DNA of 48,253 nucleotides, from NCBI GenBank assembly GCA_031279305.1, contig JAITIS010000045.1, positions 1 to 48,253 of the forward strand, in the 5' to 3' direction. This document shows, one piece after another, positions 19,417 to 25,378 of this stretch. Position 1 is the stretch's first letter; the number at the start of each line of letters is the position of its first letter. The stretch is from Candidatus Margulisiibacteriota bacterium (GTDB lineage Bacteria > Margulisbacteria > Termititenacia > Termititenacales > Termititenacaceae). A program made the position numbers and the translations under genes. The notes below the pieces were generated by a model. That model was not told the origin of the DNA, ran no database searches, and was given only the letters and a program-made list of their open reading frames with translations.

Positions 19417-19439
19417 CCTCCCGCGGCGGGCTTTATAAT
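19410..19439 (+). promoter_or_regulatory. Sigma-70-type promoter of gcvH-gcvPA-gcvPB
   Basis: TTGTCA (19410-19415), 18 nt, TATAAT (19434-19439), 30 nt upstream of the gcvH ATG. Confidence 0.5.
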
Positions 19440-19468
19440 CCCACACATATTTTTTATGGGAGTGTCCG

Positions 19469-19852
19469 ATGTCCAATATTCCGGCGGAGCTTAAATACAC
19501 CAAAGAACACGAATGGGTGAAAATCGAGGGCGGCATTGCCATAGTCGGCATTACCGATCACGCGCAGGCGGAGCTGGGCGATATAGTTTTTGTGGAAATG
19601 CCGGCAGTAGGCGCCAGCCTTTCCCAGCACGGCGATTTTGGCGTCGTTGAATCAGTGAAAACTGTCTCCAGCCTGTATTCGCCTCTGTCTGGCGCAGTGT
19701 CCGCCGTGAATGAAGCGCTTAATTCCGCTTCTGAGCTGGTCAACAAAGACCCTTACGGCGCGGGCTGGATTATCAAAATACAGGGTTTTGACGCTCAAGA
19801 ATTAAACGCCCTCCTGAGCGCTGAACAGTACAAAAAAGAAATCGGCGAATAA
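19469..19852 (+). CDS. gcvH: Glycine cleavage system H protein
   Basis: 127-aa ORF. YTKEHEWV and the lipoyl-lysine context VESVKTVSSLYSP. Confidence 0.93.
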   Translation: MSNIPAELKYTKEHEWVKIEGGIAIVGITDHAQAELGDIVFVEMPAVGASLSQHGDFGVVESVKTVSSLYSPLSGAVSAVNEALNSASELVNKDPYGAGWIIKIQGFDAQELNALLSAEQYKKEIGE

Positions 19853-19859
19853 AAAATAA

Positions 19860-21104
19860 ATGGCTTATTTTCCGCACACGGAAACGGACATTGAAGCGAT
19901 GCTCCAAACTATTGGACTAAAAAGCATCGCTGAGCTGTTTGCCGCTGTGCCGGAAAAATTAAGATCCGTAAAAATTCCGGAATTTGCGCCGGTGTCCGAG
20001 CTGGAACTGCTGGCCGAGATTGATGAGATAAGACGCGCGCCGGAAAATTCTGAACATTCTTTTTTAGGCGCGGGGCGTTACGATCATTATATTCCGGCGA
20101 TTGTGCCGCAGCTGGCCGGCCGCTCGGAATTTTACACGGCTTACACGCCCTACCAGCCGGAAATCAGCCAGGGCACGCTCACGGCGATTTACGAATTTCA
20201 GTCGATGATCTGCGCGTTGACGGGGCTGGATATTGCCAATGCTTCGCTGTATGACGGCGCAACGGCTTTGGCTGAAGCAATCGGTATGGCTGTGTCTGTG
20301 ACCGGCCGCCGGGAATACATCGTGGCCAATCCTCTGCACCCCAATTACCGGGAAGTCCTGAAAACGCATCTTATGCCGAGGAGTATCACAGAACAAAAAG
20401 AGATCACGCCGCGTACCGCGGCGGTAATATTTGTGCTGCCGGATTATCACGGCCTCCTAAGCGATTGGATAGAGTATTTGCAAAAAGCCCGTATGCACGG
20501 CGCGCTGTTTATAGCCTGCGCGGATCCGCTGTTACTCTCCGTCATCGAGCCGCCGCAGGCTGATATTATTGCCGGTGAAGCCCAGTCGCTGGGTTTGCCG
20601 CAAAATTTTGGCGGTCCGGCGCTGGGTTATCTCACCGCGCGCAAAGAATTTTTACGCCAGATGCCGGGACGTATAGTCGGACGAACAGAGGATAACCGCG
20701 GCGGACGGCCTTTTGTTCTGACTATGCAGACGCGCGAACAGCATATCCGCCGGGAGAAAGCGACGTCCAATATCTGCTCCAACGAGGCGCTCTGCGCGCT
20801 GCAGGCTGCCATATATATGTCTTATATGGGCGCGGACGGCCTGCAGACAGTGGCCAGACTCTGCAAGGCTAACACGGATTACGCCAAACAAAAGCTAGGC
20901 AGTCTGCCGGGCTTTTCGGCGGAGCAGGGCGAGCATTTTCGGGATTTTGTTCTGCGCTGCCCGTCCAGCGCTCAGGAAATTTGCAATGCCGCGGGAGCGG
21001 GAATGGCGCTAGACGACAGACGTTTGCTGCTAAGCGTTACGGAAAAAAACACTCCGGCGCAAATTGATTATTTAGCGGGAGTTTTGGCAAAGTGGAAAAA
21101 CTAA
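19860..21104 (+). CDS. gcvPA: Glycine dehydrogenase (decarboxylating) subunit 1
   Basis: 414-aa ORF. FLGAGRYDHYIPA, YTPYQPEISQGTL and REQHIRREKATSNICSN are typical of GcvPA. Confidence 0.93.
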   Translation: MAYFPHTETDIEAMLQTIGLKSIAELFAAVPEKLRSVKIPEFAPVSELELLAEIDEIRRAPENSEHSFLGAGRYDHYIPAIVPQLAGRSEFYTAYTPYQPEISQGTLTAIYEFQSMICALTGLDIANASLYDGATALAEAIGMAVSVTGRREYIVANPLHPNYREVLKTHLMPRSITEQKEITPRTAAVIFVLPDYHGLLSDWIEYLQKARMHGALFIACADPLLLSVIEPPQADIIAGEAQSLGLPQNFGGPALGYLTARKEFLRQMPGRIVGRTEDNRGGRPFVLTMQTREQHIRREKATSNICSNEALCALQAAIYMSYMGADGLQTVARLCKANTDYAKQKLGSLPGFSAEQGEHFRDFVLRCPSSAQEICNAAGAGMALDDRRLLLSVTEKNTPAQIDYLAGVLAKWKN

Positions 21105-22513
21105 TTTTTGAATATTCGCGGAAAGGCCGAAAAGCGCATACTCTGCCGGTAGCGCCGCCGGTGAAATTTGGCCTGCCGGCAAGAAAGTCTTTGTGCCTGC
21201 CGGAAGTGTCTGAAATCGATGTGGCGAGGCATTACACCGGACTTTCCCGGCAGAATTACGGTATTGACAGCGGGTTTTATCCGCTGGGTTCTTGTACGAT
21301 GAAATACAATCCTAAAATTAACGAACAAATTGCCGCGCTGGCTGATTTTACCGGCGCGCATCCGGCGGAAAACCCGCGGGCTTTATTGAAAATACTTTAT
21401 GATACGGAACGGATGCTCTGCCAGATTTTCGGCTACGCCAGATTTACGCTGCAGCCGGCGGCTGGCGCGCACGGCGAGTTCACCGGCCTTTTGCTCATCC
21501 GCGCCTATCATCTGGATAGAGGGGGCGTTAAACGACTTAAAATTCTCGTGCCGGATGCGGCGCACGGCACTAATCCGGCCTCCTGCGCGCTGGCTGGCTT
21601 CCAGTCTGTGACGATCAAATCTCTGTCCGGCGGTGGAGTGGATTTGGAGGATTTGAAGCAACACCTAGATGATAATGTCGCCGGCCTGATGCTGACCAAT
21701 CCTAATACACTGGGCCTGTTTGAAAAAAATATTCTGGAAATTGCGGAACTGGTGCACCAGGCCGGCGGACTGCTGTACTATGACGGCGCGAACGCCAACG
21801 CGACTATGGGCATTGCCCGCCCGGCGGATATGGGTTTTGATGTCTGCCATCTTAATCTGCACAAAACTTTTTCCGCGCCGCACGGCGGCGGCGGCCCCGG
21901 TTCTGGGCCTGTCGGCGTGGTTGAAAAGCTCGCGCCGTATCTGCCGCGCCCGGTGATTGACCGGAGAGATGATAAATATTTTCTGAATGACAATCTGCCA
22001 AAATCTATCGGCAAAGTTCATTCTTTTTACGGCAATGTCGGCGTGATTCTCAAAGCGTACGCTTATCTGAAAATACAAGGCTCATCCGGCCTGAAGCGCG
22101 CTTCCGAGCTGGCTGTCTTAAACGCCAATTATATCAAAGCCCGCCTGCAGGACGCTTATGATTTTCCTTATCCGCAAGTTTGTCAGCACGAGTTTGTCAT
22201 CAGCGCGAAAAATTTTAAGAAACAGCACGGCGTGACTGCTCTGGATATTGCCAAGCGTTTGATGGATTACGGCTATCATCCGCCGACCGTGTATTTTCCG
22301 CTCATCGTAAGCGAATGCCTGATGATCGAGCCAACCGAGACGGAGAGCAAAGAATCTCTGGATGCTTTCTGCGAGGCGCTGCTCAAAATAGCGGAGGAAA
22401 TAAAAACTGCGCCGGAATTGGTGAAGTCCGCCCCGCATAATGCCATCGTCGGCAGACCTGATGAAGTGAAAGCGGTCAAAGAACCGGACTTAAATTATTT
22501 TCAAACCGGATAA
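21092..22513 (+). CDS. gcvPB: Glycine dehydrogenase (decarboxylating) subunit 2
   Basis: 473-aa ORF. LGSCTMKYNPK and the PLP-lysine context HLNLHKTFSAPHGGGGPG. GTG start overlaps the gcvPA end by 13 nt. Confidence 0.93.
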   Translation: MEKLIFEYSRKGRKAHTLPVAPPVKFGLPARKSLCLPEVSEIDVARHYTGLSRQNYGIDSGFYPLGSCTMKYNPKINEQIAALADFTGAHPAENPRALLKILYDTERMLCQIFGYARFTLQPAAGAHGEFTGLLLIRAYHLDRGGVKRLKILVPDAAHGTNPASCALAGFQSVTIKSLSGGGVDLEDLKQHLDDNVAGLMLTNPNTLGLFEKNILEIAELVHQAGGLLYYDGANANATMGIARPADMGFDVCHLNLHKTFSAPHGGGGPGSGPVGVVEKLAPYLPRPVIDRRDDKYFLNDNLPKSIGKVHSFYGNVGVILKAYAYLKIQGSSGLKRASELAVLNANYIKARLQDAYDFPYPQVCQHEFVISAKNFKKQHGVTALDIAKRLMDYGYHPPTVYFPLIVSECLMIEPTETESKESLDAFCEALLKIAEEIKTAPELVKSAPHNAIVGRPDEVKAVKEPDLNYFQTG

Positions 22514-22551
22514 TCTGCGCGGTTTGGTAATTTCTTGCGATTAGATAATGT

Positions 22552-23433
22552 ATGTTGCGCCTGCTTGCCAATATCAAAGCCTCGCCTGCGGAGAATTTTC
22601 CACGCAAAACCCAGTCAGCTATTCAGGCTCTGGTCGAGGAATATCTGGCGCGCAAAGACCGCGGCGCGCGCGATCTGCTGGTAAAGCGCATTCAGCCGCT
22701 GGTGAGAAACACCGCCGGTAAAATAAAAAGACGCTTTGCCACCGCTCTGGAATATTCTGATCTAGTCGCCGCCGGCAACACCGCTTTGCTGCGGAATCTG
22801 AAACAATACGATCCGGACAAAGGCACGCTGTTTATTACATATATTCTGCCTCGTCTTTACGGCGGGATGATCGACGAGGTGCGCAGATACGGCACGAGTG
22901 TCGGGCATATTCCGCGCTATGTGCTGGACAATATACGGCATATCAATGAAACAGAAGAATGGCTGATCGGCCTGCTGGGCAGACAGCCAAAAGATAACGA
23001 AATTGCGGCGCATTTGAATTTGGCGCCGGAGGAAATACACCGTGTCAAAAACCAAGCGCGGAATATGTGGCCGCTTATTCTCTCCGGCGGGGAGTCCGCC
23101 GAGCCGGGAGACAAACCTCTCGATCCGCTGGACAATGCGCCGGACGAGCGCAGCTACCGCGCCGCTGCCGCGCTGGACGAAGAGATAGCCAGCACCATCA
23201 AAGATTTTTCAATGCGGAGATACAGGGGCAACGCCGAGCGGAATAACCGCATCCTGTATAATTATTTCAATCTAAGACACGAGCCGCTAAGGTCCGGAAC
23301 AAAAGCCACAATCTCCTGCGGCGCCATAGCCCGCACCGAGCACCTCAGCGAAGCGACAGTGGCCATTATTGTCAATGAATACAAAAAATATATGCGCGGC
23401 CATTACACTAGGGATGATTTTTGGCCGGATTAA
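22552..23433 (+). CDS. Sigma-70 family RNA polymerase sigma factor (group 3/FliA-like size)
   Basis: Region 2 is DLVAAGNTALLRNLKQYDPDKGTLFITYILPRLYGGMIDEVRR. The C-terminal HTH is GAIARTEHLSEATVAIIVNE. Confidence 0.75.
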   Translation: MLRLLANIKASPAENFPRKTQSAIQALVEEYLARKDRGARDLLVKRIQPLVRNTAGKIKRRFATALEYSDLVAAGNTALLRNLKQYDPDKGTLFITYILPRLYGGMIDEVRRYGTSVGHIPRYVLDNIRHINETEEWLIGLLGRQPKDNEIAAHLNLAPEEIHRVKNQARNMWPLILSGGESAEPGDKPLDPLDNAPDERSYRAAAALDEEIASTIKDFSMRRYRGNAERNNRILYNYFNLRHEPLRSGTKATISCGAIARTEHLSEATVAIIVNEYKKYMRGHYTRDDFWPD

Positions 23434-24392
23434 ATTTTATAATAGCCTTTGTACCATTCCACAAAATTTCTTATGCCGGTTTCCAAAGTGCATTTTGGCG
23501 CATAGCCTAAAACTTTTCTAGCCCGGCGGATGTCGGCGTAAGTTCTGGGTATGTCGCCGGCCTGCATAGGCAGAAGCTTGAGGCGGGCTTTTTGCCCCAA
23601 AACTTTTTCCAGTGTTTTGAGAAGAACGGTCAGCCGCTCCGGTTTGCCTCCGCCCAGATTAAATACGGCGCGGCCTAAATTTTTAGTTTTGTTTAGCGCG
23701 CTGATTATGCCGTCCGCCAGATCATCTATATAAGTGAAATCTCTGGCCAGCCGGCCGCGGTTATAGATATCGACAGGCTGGCCGGCTAGTATGTTTCTGG
23801 TGAATTTGAACAGCGCCATATCCGGGCGCCCCCACGGGCCGTACACCGTGAAAAATCTTAAACCAACCAGATTTAATCTGTACAGCTTGTGGTATGCCTG
23901 CGCCATAAGCTCATTGCTTTTCTTGGTGGCGGCGTAAAGCGACACCGGAGTGTCCGCGCGGTCACTCTCGGCAAAAGGCAGTTTAGCATTGCCGCCGTAA
24001 ACCGAAGACGATGAGGCGTATACGATGTCTTTTATCCGGTATTTTTTGGCCAGCTCCAAAATATTTAAGAAGCCGTCAATATTGCTGTGAATATAGGCAA
24101 AAGGATTGGCCAGCGAATAGCGTACGCCGGCCTGCGCGGCTAGATGGCAGATTTTGGTGAATTTTTCTTTTTGGAAAACTTTTTCTAATTTTTTATAATC
24201 CGCGATGTCACATCTGTAAAATTTATAATTTTTATTCCGGCGCAGTATTTTATTGCGGGCTTTTTTTAAGGCCGGGTCATAGTAGCGGTTGAGATTGTCA
24301 ACGCCGGCCACCTGCCAGCCGTCTTTGAGCAGGCGGAGCGCGGTGTGAAAACCAATAAACCCCGCGCTGCCGGTGACCAAAATTTTAGGCAT
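23430..24392 (-). CDS. NAD-dependent nucleotide-sugar epimerase (UDP-glucuronate 4-epimerase-like)
   Basis: ILVTGSAGFIGFH Rossmann motif and catalytic SLYAATKKS (YxxxK). Its stop overlaps the sigma-factor stop by 4 nt (convergent). Confidence 0.85.
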   Translation of the reverse strand: MPKILVTGSAGFIGFHTALRLLKDGWQVAGVDNLNRYYDPALKKARNKILRRNKNYKFYRCDIADYKKLEKVFQKEKFTKICHLAAQAGVRYSLANPFAYIHSNIDGFLNILELAKKYRIKDIVYASSSSVYGGNAKLPFAESDRADTPVSLYAATKKSNELMAQAYHKLYRLNLVGLRFFTVYGPWGRPDMALFKFTRNILAGQPVDIYNRGRLARDFTYIDDLADGIISALNKTKNLGRAVFNLGGGKPERLTVLLKTLEKVLGQKARLKLLPMQAGDIPRTYADIRRARKVLGYAPKCTLETGIRNFVEWYKGYYKI

Positions 24393-24450
24393 AATAAAAT
24401 TATAATATACAACACAAAATACCGATACAAGATATTGCTTAAAAGTATCG

Positions 24451-24480
24451 ACAGTATATTGTCACACAGTATATTGTCAC
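24451..24480. repeat. Perfect tandem duplication of a 15-bp near-palindromic unit ACAGTATATTGTCAC
   Basis: Units at 24451-24465 and 24466-24480 are identical. Each contains ACAGTA/TATTGT half-sites (5/6 dyad symmetry). They lie in the AT-rich divergent intergenic region, 27 nt upstream of the ATG at 24507. Confidence 0.9.
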
Positions 24481-24506
24481 GGTGAAAATTGTGCGGGGAG
24501 GGGTTT

Positions 24507-24695
24507 ATGGGTTTCGAATTTAGTCCTTTTATTAGCAATATGAAAACTGAACAAGGAGATTATCGAAAAATGCAGTGTCTAGTTACAAATGGTTATAAAG
24601 AGATGTGTAAGAGGGCAGATGAAAGGCTTGGGACCAATTGGTTTTCTGAGGGTATGCCTCCTTCTATTCTGGGCGAGAAAAAAACTATTGTATAA
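24507..24695 (+). CDS. Small hypothetical protein (62 aa)
   Basis: The ATG at 24507 is preceded by GGGGAGGGG (4-nt spacing). Translation MGFEFSPFISNMKTEQGDYRKMQCLVTNGYKEMCKRADERLG... I recognise no family, and the composition is AT-rich. Confidence 0.3.
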   Translation: MGFEFSPFISNMKTEQGDYRKMQCLVTNGYKEMCKRADERLGTNWFSEGMPPSILGEKKTIV

Positions 24696-24771
24696 TTTAT
24701 AGTTACGTTTTGCATATAATAAGTACAAGCAACATCTGTCCTTTTTGTTTATCTTTTGTTAGTATTTTTCA

Positions 24772-25080
24772 ATGATTACCGTTATTGATGTTCATTCCTG
24801 CACAGTGGAGCGCGCCGGCGAGCTGATATTAAATAAAATAAATTACTGCAAGAAAAATGGTTTTAAGGCGCTCAAAATAATTCACGGCCACCGCCGCGGC
24901 ACCGCCCTAAAAGATTTTTTGCCGGAATTGCTGCTCGGCTCAGTCCGGTTTTTTTGCCCGGGTGATCAATTTAATATGTGGTCGGCTGAGGGTCGGGCGG
25001 CAGTCGCGCTGTGCCCGGAACTGTCCAGAGAACAAGATTACCGTTTTGCCAATCCCGGCGTGACGATTGTAGTATTGTGA
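24772..25080 (+). CDS. Stand-alone Smr-domain protein
   Basis: 102-aa ORF. VIDVHSCTVERA...ALKIIHGHRRGTALKDF matches the Smr pattern (D-x-H ... IIHG-x-G...LK). Confidence 0.7.
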   Translation: MITVIDVHSCTVERAGELILNKINYCKKNGFKALKIIHGHRRGTALKDFLPELLLGSVRFFCPGDQFNMWSAEGRAAVALCPELSREQDYRFANPGVTIVVL

Positions 25081-25104
25081 GTTAAAATAACTGGCCTTTG
25101 CGGC

Positions 25105-25177
25105 GCCGGGATAGCTCAGCTGGTAGAGCAGCGCATTCGTAATGCGCGGGTCGCAGGTTCAATTCCTGTTCCCGGCT
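25105..25177 (+). tRNA. tRNA-Thr (anticodon CGT)
   Basis: Cloverleaf by hand. Acceptor GCCGGGA/TCCCGGC, D arm GCTC-AGCTGGTA-GAGC, anticodon stem GCGCA/TGCGC with loop TTCGTAA, T arm GCAGG-TTCAATT-CCTGT. No encoded CCA. Confidence 0.9.
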
Positions 25178-25180
25178 CTC
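25152..25180 (+). repeat. Direct repeat copy 1: the 3' 26 nt of tRNA-Thr(CGT) plus 3 nt
   Basis: CGCAGGTTCAATTCCTGTTCCCGGCTCTC is identical to 25350-25378. Confidence 0.95.
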
Positions 25181-25220
25181 TGTTATTTCAATAAATGTAT
25201 CATTGTTTTCATCCTAGCAA

Positions 25221-25243
25221 GCAATATGCCGGCGGCATATTGC
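25221..25243. other. Perfect 10-bp-stem hairpin GCAATATGCC-GGC-GGCATATTGC
   Basis: Seen directly between the two tRNA-end repeats. There is no U-tract on either strand, so it is not a canonical terminator. Confidence 0.6.
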
Positions 25244-25349
25244 GGAGAGGAATTGAAAGCTCGGAGCGCGTTTTGCAGAAGCGAAACCGCGAGAGCGCGA
25301 CACCGCAGAGAGGGAGCGTGCCGCTAAGGCGGCACAATAGCGACCGAAA

Positions 25350-25378
25350 CGCAGGTTCAATTCCTGTTCCCGGCTCTC
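25350..25378 (+). repeat. Direct repeat copy 2 (att-like partial tRNA-Thr 3' end)
   Basis: A perfect 29-nt copy lying 198 nt downstream of copy 1. No matching 5' acceptor strand lies upstream, so this is not a second tRNA. It contains the last six codons and the stop of the ATPase gene on the opposite strand. Confidence 0.9.

Noticed and set aside
19363-19468. Expected glycine riboswitch in front of the gcv genes
   Set aside because: Only ~30 nt separate the predicted -10 from the gcvH ATG, which is far too short for a glycine aptamer.
25290-25378. A possible second complete tRNA or tRNA-like or tmRNA-like gene ending at the duplicated T-arm and acceptor end
   Set aside because: No complementary 5' acceptor strand (GCCGGGA) lies within tRNA distance. 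The nearest partial match (GCCGGCG at 25228) is 150 nt away and is part of a separate hairpin.
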